Counted from the stretch's first letter, positions 13,101 through 28,000 are shown. The stretch: DNA of 64,000 nt from Ylistrum balloti (GCF_031769215.1 NW_026782006.1:806001-870000), one strand, 5' to 3'. Numbers and translations: made by a program. The notes: generated from the sequence alone by a model not told the origin.

Positions 13101-16100
13101 TCATTACTCTAGTATACTAATTTTTAAGTACTTAAAGTAGCTATTAATTGATATTAGTATAATTATCATATCCTACACTTCACATTCGTTACTGATCATT
13201 TGTTTAATGACGGTAACACATTCTAATCACTATAACCAGGTAAGTAACATACGTCTCTGTTTAAACGTCTCGGATGACGATTTTAACTACAACGAAACTC
13301 TCCAACTTTAAACACTGTGTCATAAATACAGGATCTTGAACGACTTTCTATTCCATATGTTATTCATGAAATGCAGTTAACTTCTTTTTTAATTTAGCAA
13401 GCCAATGGCAAGCTTACAGGAAACAACATAACAAAATCATTGCGACAAGTGTCATAAATCGCATATCAAATAGAAACAAGTTTAAGATGCTTTTCATCAC
13501 GAGATATATTATTTAAGTAAACTTGAAATCATTTCAGTTCTATATCTGTTGTCTTTACAGTTCAAATCCAACATGAGATGATGTGACAGGACTTCATTAT
13601 ATATATCTGACGTCACAATAGACTTTACAAACGGTTTATATTCAGTGAATATACCCAGGAAATATTTTTGTGTATAATGCGTGTGTCACAGCCTATTGTG
13701 CCGTCAGGTCTAGATAAAGCAACGACATCACAAATATATAAAATTGGATTGTGACGTAACAATAATGACCTTAAATAGTAGAAATGCCTTTTTACTATAC
13801 TTGCATGAATAATCAACCATAAAAAATATCTTTAAGATGTGTTTTTACTTGATAATTATGTAGTTTATGAAGCAGGTCTTCATTTCTGAAAAATTTAGCT
13901 CGCCAAAGTTTCGCTTAAATTAAAAATTCTTATGCTGGTTTCATAAATGAGATATCAAATGGAAAGTTGTATATAAGCCTATAAATACAACATGGCTAAA
14001 TTCACTGAATAACAAGGCAATCATGATAATTTTCAGATCGGAATTGTAAGTCCTAGTTCGATCTCAGTTTTACAAAATTATGTTGGACACGAAAGTTTGC
14101 CTGGAAAGTCTCCACAAGTACAAGGTGGTATAAAGTGTCACAGACAAAAACAAATATAGGTAAAATAATGAAAAGGTTGGCAATGAATTACTAGAGCTTC
14201 CAACTGGACGAAAACTTTCTCTCCTCCATGGAAATCCCCGATATGTCCAAAAGGTGAATGTTCTGACCATACCGGTGGCTCACTCAGGATGATCTGCAAC
14301 ATCCACGAATTATGATATTATTAAATAAGATTTGTTTTACTGGGAAATGGCAAATCCTGTCTAAAATTATTCTCTTTTGTTTAACAGATATTTACGCTGA
14401 CCTCTACAAAGCAAGTCATATTTACATCACTGATAAAATCTCATCATATAGAAGAGGTTTTCGGTTTTCATATTTGGTATCCTGTTTTCAATAGTAGTAA
14501 TAGTAGCTCTATTATTCCCGTATTGAAAGATTTCATGAGTTGAGAAACTCATCATACATCAAAACGAATTGATAATTTTTTTTATCGTAAACTTTTTACA
14601 ATTAAGATAATTCCTATCTTGATTGCCTAAATTGATAAAAACGTCCTTACCTCGAACAGATAAAGCAAATCTTCTCCCTCAAAGTAAACTTTTCCGGTAT
14701 TGTTGACGCCGGGCAAGATTTCAATGTCGCCATTGTAACCAGACTTTAGTAGAACATAAAAAACGATGGGAGTGGCGAGAAAGATGATGGTAAAATAGTC
14801 ATACAAACACTAGAGTTTATACGGTAAAACAATGCAGTCAGAACTGTATGTAATGTTTAATGTATAGGTAATGTAATAATGTAGTCATAGTCACCAGAAA
14901 ATAAGACTACAATATTACATATCGAGAGATGTAACTTAATAATGTCAACTTATGTAGGAACAAACATTGGACACGGGGTTTTGGGGAGATGTAACTTAAT
15001 AATGTCAACTTATGTAGGAACAAACATTGGACATGGAGTTTATGGAGACTTAAAATAATAAATGTCGACTTATGTAGGAACAAACATTGGACATGGAGTT
15101 TATGGAGACTTAAAATAATAAATGTCGACTTATGCAGGAACAAACATTGGACATGGAGTTTATGGAGACTTAAAATAATAAAAATGTCGACTTATGTAGG
15201 AACAAACATTGGACATGGAGTTTATGGGGACTTGAAAATAATAAATGTCGACTTATGTAGGAACAAGCATTGGACATGGAGTTTATGGAGACTTGAAAAT
15301 AATAAATGTCGACTTATGTGGGAACAAACATCGAACGCGAGGTTTTGGGGAGATGTAACTTCAAAATGTCGACTTATACAGTGACAAACATTGAATAAGG
15401 GGTTTTGGGGGATATGTAACTTTTAAAAAAAGTCGGGGATGAGACATAATGTATAATACAGAGCAGGGTTACAGCATCCAATATGTTTAGGGAGGGGGTT
15501 ACTGTCACTTTCTCAGTTCCCATCCAAAGAATTTGATTATTCTACTCTTACAAGATCTTATTCTTCCAGCATGTATTGTGTGTATATTAATCAATTTTAT
15601 GAAAATATTTGTTATTTTATGGCTATTTTTAGTTTTCTATTCTTTTTTCAAATACTTTTATCACATGTGTTGCTATCATATTAATTAGCATAATAATTTC
15701 TGCATGACATCATTCCACATATATTGGCCCACTTACACCCTTACTTACCGACATAGTAAAGTTTCCATTATCTTTAGCGTGGACAGTGACACTCGGATAA
15801 TTCACTTGTAAAGGACTGTAAAACAAGTTCATTTCTTTAATAATATATTATCATATTGTGATGTGAATGCTGTTTCTTTAAGTATTACACCAAAATAGAA
15901 TGTTACGATTAAAATACAACACAATATACAGTTTTATAAAACATGTCTCGTATATGAACTAAATTTAGCTTTCATTGTTTTCAAATATGTAAGGTATGAT
16001 TTGATATATTAATTAATTAATGATCAAATTAAAAGCAAAATACATCTAGATACATTTTTACTAGTCATCCCAAATACGGTACTGTTTATTTGTTAACTTC

Positions 16101-16249
16101 ATGTATCATTCTTTAACCAGATAAGTTTAAGGTCGTAATATTTTTTATGATAAAAAACTTACATACTCTTCAGAAGCAGCTAAAACAGCAAGGGACTTCA
16201 GAAGAACCACCAGCGACAAAGTCTTGAACAGGTTGTACACGATCGCCAT
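10147..16249 (-). CDS. Paralogue A: secreted cubilin-NTD-like / He_PIG Ig-like / EGF / F5-8C (discoidin) protein, ~366 aa
   Basis: Exons 16249-16167 (signal peptide MAIVYNLFKTLSLVVLLKSLAVLAASE), 15815-15749, 14743-14651, 14293-14192, 12800-12611 (DPEGGQVTYSVVAGALPPGVALDSTLG..FTIRATD), 12091-11978 (6-Cys EGF), 11711-11547, 11278-11145, 10299-10147 (ARYVRFVP..PCMRVDLQGC*). All junctions GT-AG and phase-compatible; exon sizes match the paralogues. Confidence 0.88.
14925..15425. repeat. ~60-bp minisatellite (~8 copies) in intron 2 of A
   Basis: Unit GACTTATGTAGGAACAAACATTGGACATGGAGTTTATGGAGACTTAAAATAATAAATGTC. Confidence 0.93.
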
Positions 16250-17490
16250 CTTGAATTATAGTCACATTCAGCGTCGTTTTCCCCTGGAGACCCAAGATAC
16301 CGTTATCTCTAAGTAGCTGTATATATACCGTCTCAGTACATAAAGAATTAAAGATCCACGTCCAGATTTTCCTTTCAAAATAGATTTAATTAGGAAATGT
16401 AAACAGTATGAATATCCTTAACTAATTATTTTTATCATACATAATTTTATCTATTGACAAATGGAAGTTAAATAGATAGAGGAGTTAACGAGAATCTACA
16501 AAGGCGATAAGTTTGCTTTTTAGAAACTACCGAATTTGCTATTTCAAACAACATATGACACGTGGTTTCGGATGAAAGATTTATGGAAAAATCGTTTTTC
16601 AGTATTTGCACTTTTTTGATGGGATTATTTTTACTCGTATAAGGAAGATGATATAACAATACAAATTATAAGAAGTAAAAAATGTACTTTATGTGTACTT
16701 TTTATGCTAATATGGTGCTCAAAGGTATACGTGTTGATGGTGTGGCCTTTTTATCTAAGGTTACAAATAAGCCTGTGTCATCATGCATGTTTCTGTTGCA
16801 GCATTATTGCACCAAATTTGCATGTTTTGGGTTGGTCCTGGGCAAGCTGACCCAATTCCAACCGAAGACCAGAAACAGGGGCATTTATACATTAAAGGAT
16901 TTAATTTAAATCTATCTTTCTAGTGATTATCAGTACTGTTTGCCACATAATTCCTCTTTACACACAAAAAAACACGCACCTGTGGAATTCGACTTGAACA
17001 AATCTGAACATCCATGAAGGCGTCAAATAAATGTATTAATTCCAGTATCTCTAAAATGTGAAAGTCACCTTCACTGCACCCGTTATAGACAAAATTAATG
17101 TTTTGTTAAGTAAACATTTAATGCGATAAAAATAAACAAACGTTGCTTAACTGAACAAAAATCATCAGTTGAGCTTAAAGATAGAATTGCAAAATAAGAA
17201 GAAAACAAAATGGAAGAAAGAAAGAAAAACAAAAATATATAAATGATGCAACAAAATTATGATGCTGAGGCACTTAAGATTATTGTGTTATTTTGTTTTA
17301 CATGTATTTTAAAGTGTAAAAAAAATCTATGTACTTTTATATTGATGTCCATTTTCGGCGATCACTTTGTATTTAGTAGCAACAGAAGTCACGTGATATA
17401 TCAAGCCATGTATGTCAGCTAAACATTTCAGTAGATTGTACAAGGAAACTTATCGCTAGGTCCCAACACCACTCAACATCTCGAAACAAA
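16250..17490. promoter_or_regulatory. Putative bidirectional promoter region between divergent genes A and B
   Basis: Inferred from divergent start codons 1242 bp apart; a palindromic E-box (gTCACGTGAt) lies about 100 bp upstream of the B ATG. Confidence 0.5.
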
Positions 17491-20400
17491 ATGGCGGCTA
17501 TCAAAACAACGTGCCTCGTGCTGTGTTTCATTCCTTACACTATAGCAAGGTAATGTATATTGTTTTATTTTATTTATCGTTCAGAACATCTGGTTTACCT
17601 ATATTGTCGTGCAACAAGTCAGGTGAATAAAAAAAGAAAGAAGAAAAAATACAACATAATGTCATTTTAGAGCGACTTAGTTGTTAAAGTTGATAAGAAC
17701 CAATGAACAAACATGTATAACGTCGTCTTCGTTTCGAAGTAGCATACGATCGGCTAATTGTACTCAAAACCAAAGGCAATTCTCTAAACGGAACATCATT
17801 TGGAAGATATTTACTTTTAGTACTGAAAAGAATGAGTATAGTTTTCATGTACAGTTGTAAATGTACCATCTAAATCAAGTTTATCACTGTTTTCTAAATA
17901 TTGCTGTAAAATAGATATTAGTAACTTACGATAATGTTTCGACAGGTATATCCATTGCTGATCTAGACTGTACATAAATAGATGTTGAATGTCACTTGTG
18001 GATTTGTTTTCTCTGTGTTCAGAACATATTGCAATATGATACTTTGCTTTGTTTAAAAGTTTTTTTGAGATACAATACCCGAATGTGTTGGTGACAGCCG
18101 AGACGGGTGGTAACCTGACTGTTGAGGTAGGTGTATAGACACAGGCGAAATATAACCTTATCATATATACTTATAATACAGCTGTTTTAAAATGACAATA
18201 TGCAAGTGTCTCCATAGGAGTGATTTCTCTCGTTAATTCAAAATATATTTATCAGACTACATGCATCAGCATTTGGGTTTTTACCATTTCGAAAGTTCAT
18301 ACGATATCTATGCAATTTAATGATTATCATATGATATCTATGTAGTTTAATCATTCTAAAGAATGTTTTCACAACACGCAAATATATGAAGTGGTGAAAC
18401 AGTTAAGCAGATGACTCCGTTATTTTAAGTCCATCAAACCATTATCGTTATAAGATATCATTATACAGGCAGGACCACAAGGTGGGAATATCATAATGAA
18501 ACCCACTGGTAATGGAACAGTCTATATTGGTAAGACCGACATGCTGAAACTCTTTGAGGTAATTGTCTATATCATTTGAGTATACTTTATCATATCATGT
18601 ATGTAGAAAATTTAAGATAAAGATAAATGCTTCAAAATAAATTCGTAAAAACAACGAAACAATTTTTAAGATTAAATGTTCAATTTCACTGATTGTTACA
18701 CCATGCTGAACATAAAGCCTTGTAGAGGATCTTGTGACAATCTTTACATCATAACAATTAGGTGTATATAAAAGGTAGGTTATCACCTTTCATTTTATAA
18801 TTGGTAAATTATCATCTTTTCAGTTTATAATTGGTAGGTTATCACCTTTCAGTTTATAATTGGTAGGTTATCATCTTTTCATTTTATAATTGGTAGGTTA
18901 TCATCTTTTCAGTTTATAATTGGTATGTTATCACCTTTCATTTTATAATTGGTATGTTATCACCTTTCATTTTATAATTGGTAGGTTATCATCTTTTCAG
19001 TTTATAATTGGTAGGTTATCATCTTTTCAGTTTATAATTGGTAGGTTATCACATTTCAGTTAATAATTGGTAGGTTATCACTTTTTCATTTAATAATTGG
19101 TAGGTAATAACCTTTTCAGTTTATAATTGATAAGTTATCATCTTTCTGTATATAACAGACAGGTTATCACCTTTTTAGTTTATAATTGGTAGGTTATCAT
19201 CTTTTCAGTTTATAATTGGTAGATTATCATCTTTCCCTATATAACAGACAGGTTATTGCCTTTCAGATCGTCAACAGCATGCCTCCAGTGTGGGAACTGA
19301 ATGCTGTTCATGGTTCTCTGGGCACGTTTCTGGGAGGAGCTTCTATTTCACTGAATGTTGAAGCTGTGGTATGTTTGTCCTTCCCAAGATCGCCACTTCA
19401 GGAATAATTCATTGTTATGTTCTGTCTCTTTTTTCCGGTTTTATGTTCGACTTTGGTACAAAGTGTCACTGGTTTGGAACGGAAACATATACACACCTAA
19501 CATTCTTTCTGACGGAGCCTATGTACAAAATTAATCACGATTGATTTAATCATGGTTAAAGTCAGTCTCGATATCATATCTGGATTCAAATAGAACAAAT
19601 CAGTTATACAATCCAGTGTCGTTCCCTGTAGTATTTAATAATGAATTCTTATCAAAATGAATAATGTACATGCGATGTCTATGGAACACTACCCCTTTTA
19701 ATGAATTGCTCATCTTAATTAATGATAATCTCCATATTACGGGTCGAGAACGCAAACGCCATCGGAATAGAAATCATAATTGAATTTTAAAACTTTTTTT
19801 TCTATTAAATCAGTATTTTTCAAGGAAAATTTATCAAGAGTTTAAGAGATGGGCTTAACATATTTTATTGTAGGATCCTGAAGGAGGTTCATTAAAATAT
19901 GAGAAGGTCTCTGGTGCTTTGCCTCCTGGTGTTCATCTCAACAAAAACACTGGACAGATATCCGGTACAGCCCCGGATGTAGACGCTACCTATCAATTCG
20001 GTATCCGGGTAACAGACAAGCACGGAAAATATGCCGACAAAATTTTCTCTATAGACACTAGAGGTCTGTTTCTTGATTAAAACAAAAACAATTAAAATCA
20101 GAATGATTTATTGTACAACCACGTCTAACAGATCGTTTTTGTGTTATTTCTTACTTGTTAGGAAACATAGGCCTTTTGGTTGAAAATCGTTATTTTCTCT
20201 GTTATAATAGGTTTAAGATTTGTTTCTAGTGTAACATAATGTCTTTATTGATATTATTTCCATGTGATGTAATATTACTCAATGGATTCTATTTAAAAAT
20301 ATCCTTATCTATAACCTGATTTAATTTCACCTTTAACTTGTTGTTTGATAAATATATCTACACGTTCGTAATAGCTTGTGGTTTCTTTCAGATAACAACC

Positions 20401-21697
20401 AGTGCTTGAGTAACCCGTGTACTCATGGAGGAACATGTGTGGATGATATTGACCATTTCATTTGTACTTGTCAGCAACACTATGGCGGGAAGACATGTGC
20501 TACCAGTAAGTCTACAGCGTACCGTCTGTAAACTTGTTACAACCCACACTTCATGCTTGCTCGGAATTTAAGACTAGACGCACTGAGAAATTCAATTAAA
20601 TTCAAATGATTTAACGATTGTTCCATATCACAACTCATTAATTCAAACAAAATACAATGGTGTGTAATTTTACTATCACTTGAGAAATTAAAGTCTGTTG
20701 TTCAAATATCGGAGTATGTATACGTGTAAATATAAGTCTTGTTTGGGAAATAAACGTTTGCGTTTTAACACAAAAGCATGAAATAACATTGTATTATCTA
20801 TGTGTGACAGACTGTGCGAGTCATGCATTAGGTGTGGACCAGAGAAGTAAGACAATACCTGACGCACAGATGTCCGCTCACTACTCATACGGCGACCATC
20901 CAGCCTCCGACGGACGTCTAAACGCTCCTCAAGGCTGGATCGGACAGAACACAGCCTCTTGGCTACAGGTTAACTGATTTGTAACTTAGAAGATTGAACA
21001 AAGGACACAAAGAACAAGAGAAATATAGCATTAAAGAAACTACGTGCTGATATTTCTTCATTTTAGTACTCATTATTGTCAGTAGTGAATAATTTCAAAA
21101 GACCGGCAATCCTCGGAGACGTAGGTGTTTAAAAAGTAATTGGATTATCGCACATTTCATGTTGATTTCAATGTGTATGGTTAAACAATAAATGGTAGTT
21201 ATGATTCAGGTGGATCTTGGTGATGTCATGGAAGTACACGCAGTCGCTACCCAAGGGTACACATCGACTTACTACACGTCAGAGTACCAACTACTGTACA
21301 GTTCCGACGGGAACAGCTTTGTGAACACTAAGAATGGAACGGACAATATGGTAGGCTGATCACACTAAAATATATTGAACATTTCTATGTTGGTATTCTT
21401 GCCTGATCAGTGTTAAAGCCTAGCGAGGCAGATAGTTTGTAACACATATATGCATATTGGCAATATGCCAAATATCTATTAAATAGAAAGAATAATATAA
21501 ATGTTTCTTTCATCTATTTTTATGTTTTAAATTTTATCTCATTGTAGGTGTACAGCGGAAGTTCGAATGTCAACACCGTTACCAAACACGTGTTAACGTC
21601 TCCACTTCGGGCTCGCTTCATCAGATTCCAGCCTGTCACATTCAATAGTTATCCGGGCATGCGCGTTGAGGTTTACGGATGCGAGATTAATTCGTAG
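17491..21697 (+). CDS. Paralogue B: secreted cubilin-NTD-like / He_PIG Ig-like / EGF / F5-8C protein, ~356 aa
   Basis: Exons 17491-17549 (MAAIKTTCLVLCFIPYTIA), 18060-18126, 18469-18558, 19267-19368, 19874-20063, 20392-20505 (DNNQCLSNPCTHGGTCVDDIDHFICTC..C), 20811-20968, 21210-21350, 21548-21697 (RARFIRFQP..GMRVEVYGC). GT-AG junctions, continuous frame, AATAAA at 21754. Confidence 0.9.
18775..19266. repeat. ~29-30-bp minisatellite (~16 copies) ending at the acceptor of B exon 4
   Basis: Unit GGTTATCATCTTTTCAGTTTATAATTGGTA. Confidence 0.93.
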
Positions 21698-21753
21698 CCA
21701 ATGTCGATTCATTCATACAAATGATCTGTTATTTGTTTTAGTTGTAATATCAG

Positions 21754-21759
21754 AATAAA
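21754..21759 (+). promoter_or_regulatory. Candidate polyadenylation signal of gene B
   Basis: AATAAA 57 nt after the stop codon. Confidence 0.5.
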
Positions 21760-21899
21760 CGGAGTATGTTAAAATGATTGCATCCGCTGCATTTATTATG
21801 AATTTATAATAACATTGTATTAATATGAATTTACATTCATGAAAAAAAATACTTTCATTCTCAATACTTAAAGGCCCAGAGTGCTGTTGTTCAAATGAA

Positions 21900-23400
21900 T
21901 GATATTAACAAACTGTCAAGTTCAGATGGGTCAAACACGTTAAAATGGAAATTCAAAAGACTTCCTCTCATTAGCTAAAAGACCAAGAGTGTTTATATTG
22001 GGCTTGTTGGATTGAACTGCCACCGAATTTCTTAAAATAAATGACCTTGTCCCGCTTTCAAAGTCACAGGGCTCAAATGTGTTATTTTTGAAAATGACTT
22101 CTTTCCCCAACGTCACATGGTGCTCATATTGTTCAATTAGCATACTGGGATCAAGTATTGATTCAACAAGTCATAGGTCCTGTATCATGGTATTTGTGAA
22201 GTAGCATGTATATGGAATAGATTTCAAGTTTGTAGAAATTGACTTTATGAACCAACAAGTAGTCTTAGTATGCCACAGAACACGTGAACATTTAAAACAT
22301 GTTGGGTTTTATCATATATAGAAGTCTTTACAATAAGATGAAAAAGTAAGTGTTGCTGAATGATGTAGTTGTCCACCTTTCTATGTGCTGATATTCACTG
22401 TGTGAGAATTTCTCGCTGGCATACAGGACAAGGACTTCTACATATCCCTTTTAATGCTAGCTAATCGTGCTTCAATATTACAGTCTTTCCGGTAATCTTT
22501 CATAATAAAGAAGTGTGGAATCCATGCAATATTTTATTGCCTTATTGGTTACTTTCTCTACCCAACCTTTATCTGAGATCCTTATTTTAGTTTTTCAGTC
22601 CAGGTCACTAAGCCATAAGTTGATTGCACAGAATATTTATTTTGAAAAGCTCCGAAAGACTACTGATGATCAATAAGGTTCTCTCGCCAAGATCTTTTTA
22701 CTTACTGGGATTAACCAAAATTTTGTGCTTTTTCAGGAGTGTCCTTGTAATTCTTATTATTGCTTATATTTTGTCCTAGATTGGTTGGCTTTGAGTTTCC
22801 GGGATGATTATTATGTTGACGTGTATTTTGTTTCTTTAAAAATATTTGTTTTTTTTTTCAAACTGTGAATTCCGAGCTTCATAAACATCTCAAACGCCAG
22901 TATAATGTTTTCTTTATCTTGGCCTTAACGTATTCTTTTATGCTGACTTGTATTGTTTTGTACGAGAATTAATTGATCCATGATTTCTTGCCATTAAACA
23001 AAAGATGTGAGGGATGTTGATCAATGACGAATACATGAAAGGTTTGTATCTTTTACGATCTCATTTAAAATCGTTCCTTGTTTTATATAATTTTCTAGGT
23101 GTCAGATGCTCATCATCTTATTGATCTGGCTTTGATTTTGAGTACGTGATATTTCTCCGTTGTATATGATGTCCTCGTTTAAGAAGAACTTGCATTATCC
23201 TCCCAGGATACATGGCATTATTAGCACCGCAATTGTGCAAGGTTTACGTTTTTTTACCTCCTTTTCTCAATCACTTTTGCATTACAATTAAACTTTTGCT
23301 GACATGTTAAGATTCTGTTACGATTACGTAAGGCTGCTCTCGAAATCTTTTCCAAAGCTCAAACCCCATTTTTTGCACTATTAAATCAGTCTCACAGTGT
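21900..23400 (-). mobile_element. Possible highly decayed Penelope-like retroelement remnant
   Basis: Only scattered weak motifs on the minus strand: GKRFREQP (~23340) and SGTRSFILRNS (~22040, compare SGVNQMWILKNS). Motif spacing is imperfect. Confidence 0.3.
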
Positions 23401-25077
23401 TAATGTTTACGGGAAAAGTGGAATAATGATATCTTGATTTTATAACAATCGAAAAAGCTTCCTACCAATCTCTTACAAAACTCTGTTCGAAAGATATTTT
23501 TTCTGTACAAACAGTTTTTTTTTACATCAATCATAGGTGAACGGTGGTACAAATATATGTTTGTGAATCATACTTAAGTGTCTTTCGTAAAAATAGTCCT
23601 AATCATATTCGGAGGACTAAGTCATAAAAGCCGACGGAATCCCTTGTCGACAATATACACGACTGTGTCCCTCACTTGCTTTTGCTTTCATATGGGACTG
23701 AATTTATAGGAGAATATATCGAGTAACGGAGACTTCAATTTCACCTATTGATGATGTGTTGTGTTTCAGTTACAAGATATTTATTACTATGTATATTCGC
23801 ACAAGCACTCAAAATCATCGACATGACAGCCTCTTCTACACAAGCTGTGTACCTTCTTACAGAGAAATCAATTTGTTTTGCATTTCCATATTATTATTTT
23901 TTCCATTTCTGGATAGCAACGTGCTTGCATCCCCATCTATTATATTAAGATATTGCTATTTTGATATTCAAGGGCCAAAATTACGATTTTCGTTCAAGAT
24001 GTCGGCCACTTAAAGACATATTTACAATACAGGGTTTCGAAAGATGCAGGTTGATGAGGTTTATTGACGTCATAATGATCTCGTGAATATTCATTGTGTT
24101 TACTTGGGCAATACGAAAATGGACGTGTTTGATGCTCTTTAGTATTCGTGACGATTTCGTTGTTGTTTGCATTGTTCTCGTTCGGGAACGTGACATTACT
24201 CACTTGGATTGACCAATACTTATATGGCAGGTGTCGAAGATCAAGTTGGAGATACTTTCCCTTCTGGTCCTATTCTCCTTGTACTTTATCACGAGTCTCC
24301 GTGTAAATCTTTCTTTTCTGTTGTCTTGTCGCCATTTTTGTGGGGTTTTTTTTTATCTAATACTCTATATTTATATTTAAATACAAGCCGATATCAAATA
24401 GAGCTGAAACCTCATTATACTGACATCATATCTTATTTTCCCTACATCGTTCAATGAAATTAGGCATATCAAAACTTCATCTGTTTATTGCCAAGTGTAT
24501 TTTTTTATCTGAATTATGTCAGAGGACGCCCACCAAAATAATTACTTCACACGGAAATATATAAACTGATGTGGACTTAAAGTCTCTACTAATGCGTACC
24601 CAGCATCTCGTGTTCACCTCTTTTTTCCATAAAAAGAGGACTGAATAATTCATTATATATTGGTTACTCCTGGCTCCATTCCTTTGGTGCTATAATCACC
24701 AAACAGCATAAATAAATTTATCTGACTTCAATCCCATTATCATAACGTCACAGGTATTTAGTGGATGTGATAATAGCTTATCATGTCCTACATAATATAA
24801 GTGTCCTCATTAGCAAAAATAATTAAAACGCGTATGGCTGTGATGGAGGAGTGAAGCCGGATCTTTGTGTGGTAAAAGAAATATTCCATGAAAATATTAA
24901 ATATTTAACCACTTGTGAAATATCTGTACTGCTAAATAAGTTATCGAAGAAAACCTTTTAAAAAAAAGCTGGTATGAGATAAAGAATAAACTGTTCAAAG
25001 TTTTTGTATATTTGTTTATATTTGTGATAATGTCACATCACCTTTCCACATAAAACTCAGATTAAGACAGCAGAGAC

Positions 25078-28000
25078 CTAAAGCCAGCAGCCATACATTT
25101 CCACCTGAAAGCAGGGATGGTAACTTCTTTCGTAGGTCGTCGGGTGGATCCTGACAAAACGTGCTTCTAACGGTTCAGGCAACGTCTGGTATAATGCACT
25201 TATTGATCCCATAAAAGTCTGTAATGAATAAACTTAAACATGTATCGAGAAATCAATTGTGATTATAATGAGGCAAATACGATAATATATTTGTATTGTA
25301 TTGAATACGACGCAGCAATACATATTTAGTAAGAACCTCCTCCACTCAGATTTTCAATGTTAAAAATTAAGGAAAAACATTGTTAAATGACTTGTCTTTC
25401 ATTCAATGTTCTCATTGTATGATATCAGATTCGATGTAAGCGCCCTTGTCCATCCACCAGTTGGTTCGACTTCTTTTTCCGCACTATTTATAGAATAGAT
25501 GTATTCAGATGCCATCCAGGGTTTCATCGAAGAATCCTTAGGTCCTGTTACTTTCCAGTACTGCCTTTTAGTATTCATTATTAATTACTTATACCTACTT
25601 CGACTACACAATTTAATATCTTTTATCCCTCTGTAATTTTATAAATGTTCTTTATATGAGATAAACCTGTGTTATATGCAGAGATAATACATAAATCCTT
25701 CTTTCGTTTTCAAAGTTAGAGTCTTATTTGTTAAGGATTAGAACATTGCTGTGTGGGAAAAGATGGAATGTTGTTGCTATTGGAGAATGAATGATATTAT
25801 CAAGGTCAAATATGTGACCTTTAGTTGTTGAAGATTTAAGAGAAGAGACATTACTGCCTTTGCTACAGGGAAAACCATTGTTTCTAGATATTTGACAAAA
25901 TATTGACAAGAGAGAACATGCAAGTGAAAGCTTATTTAGTTTTAACAACAGAATATTTAAATGTACGTGAATAAATCCAAGGTTATATTGAAAAGTAATG
26001 GAAAGGTTATGTTGAAATGCAATGAAGAAGCTTATTGATTGTACACTGTGTGAAAATGTTAGGAAAATGAAACAAACATCAAACATTCCGATATTATCTA
26101 CTCACGTGCACAGTGGTGTTATTTACATCGTTGATAGAGTTGAAGGTGGTTCCGTCAGTACTGTAGGATAATGTATATGTTTTCGCAAAGAAGGTAGAAT
26201 TTGCCCCAGATGTTACTATTCGAAAGAGCTTTGCTAAGCCACCTGATAAAAGCAATAATAATCCATACCCTACTTTCCAGTTTGATTCTAGTTTATTGGA
26301 TATTTTACAAATATTATAGACAAATTTAAGTTTGTTCAATAAACCATTAACATATATAATAGAGTGCATAATATATATATAGTAATGATTTGGTAATGAT
26401 TTTGTATATGAAATTATATTAAATCAACTGTTGTGACGTCAGAAGATGATACTTAAATGATGCCACTGATTCGATGAATGCATTATGACGTCATCATGAA
26501 AATTATAGCAATAGAAATCTGTAAATCGTGAATTTGATGAAAAAACTTTGATTTCCATTTTGATTTTAAGTAATTGAAACAAAATGATCACTTCAGCTAA
26601 CCTCTAAAACCCTCTCAGACTTATCTAATAAATCCATATGGAACGCGGAAATTCAATCACGATCCGCTATCTAACAGCATGACGGTTGTAAAATGTTGGC
26701 AAATTATTAACATTACCTAGATCCACTTGTAACCAGGAGTTGGCGTTTTCACCACACCAATACTTTCCAGATTCTGACAAACGCCCGTCTGATGCCTGAG
26801 AGGTATATCGAGACAGGTAAGCGCTCAGCTGTGCGTCTGGGACTACAGAAGAGTTTGCTATTCCAAGAGCAGTCTTATTACACGCTAGGTAAAACAAAAA
26901 TTAAAATCAGCTGTTATATCTGTAGAGCATCGTTCTTATGTTTCATTATCAGATACTTGTAACTGGAAAGTAAGTCAACACAACAAAATGAACTATTTAT
27001 AGATACGGAGGCAATGACAGGACATACTCACTGACATCACAAGTCGGCCCGCCGTACTCCAATGGACAAGAACACGAGAATCCACGATGGGTATTAGTGT
27101 TGTTACACTGGCCATTGTTGTGACACATCTCTCGGAGACACTGATCGACCTCTGAGTAAAAGTCAACAAATCATATTTCACAATAATGGTGTTGTTGTTT
27201 AAACGTATTTATACATAAGCCGATAAAATGCTATTTTCATTCTGTATCAAAGGTAGGAAATAATGCTTGTGTACCTAAACTTTTTCTCAGTTTTTTAAAC
27301 GAAATAATTTATTTCAGGAACAGAATAGACAAGAAAACTGACAAAAAATACATTTTGTGTAAATACAACCACTCAATATTCTCCCGCCGATTAAAAGCCA
27401 ATGCATCAATAATGTATACACCTATCGATCTCCTCTAAATCCTTATAGCTTCATCTTAATATCTATTGTTAGTATCTACAGGTATATTGTCTCTATCTTG
27501 ATAACCATACCTAATGTTTCTACCTTAATAACCATACCTAATGTTTCTACCTTAATAACCATACCTTATATTTCTACCTTAATAAACTTATCTATTGTTT
27601 TTTCCTTGATATCCATACCTCATGTTTCTACCTTAATAACCATACTTAATGTTTCTACCTTAATTACCATACCTAATGTTTCTACCTTAATAACCATACT
27701 TAATGTTTCTACCTTAATTACCATACCTAATGTTTCTACCTTAATAAACCTACCTAATGTTTCTACCTTAATTACCATACCTAATGTTTCTACCTTAATA
27801 ACCATACCTTATATTTCTACCTTAATAAACTTATCTATTGTTTTTTCCTTGATAACCATACCTAATGTTTCTACCTTAATAACCATACCTAATGTTTCTA
27901 CCTTAATAACCATACCTTATATTTCTACCTTAATAAACTTATCTATTGTTTTTTCCTTGATATCCATACCTCATGTTTCTACCTTAATAACCATACTTAA

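Noticed and set aside
17491-21697. Calling the family MFGE8/EDIL3 (lactadherin) or CUBN orthologues
   Set aside because: Only one EGF and one discoidin domain, no RGD seen, no CUB domains, and an extra Ig-like module; shared domains alone do not support a gene symbol.
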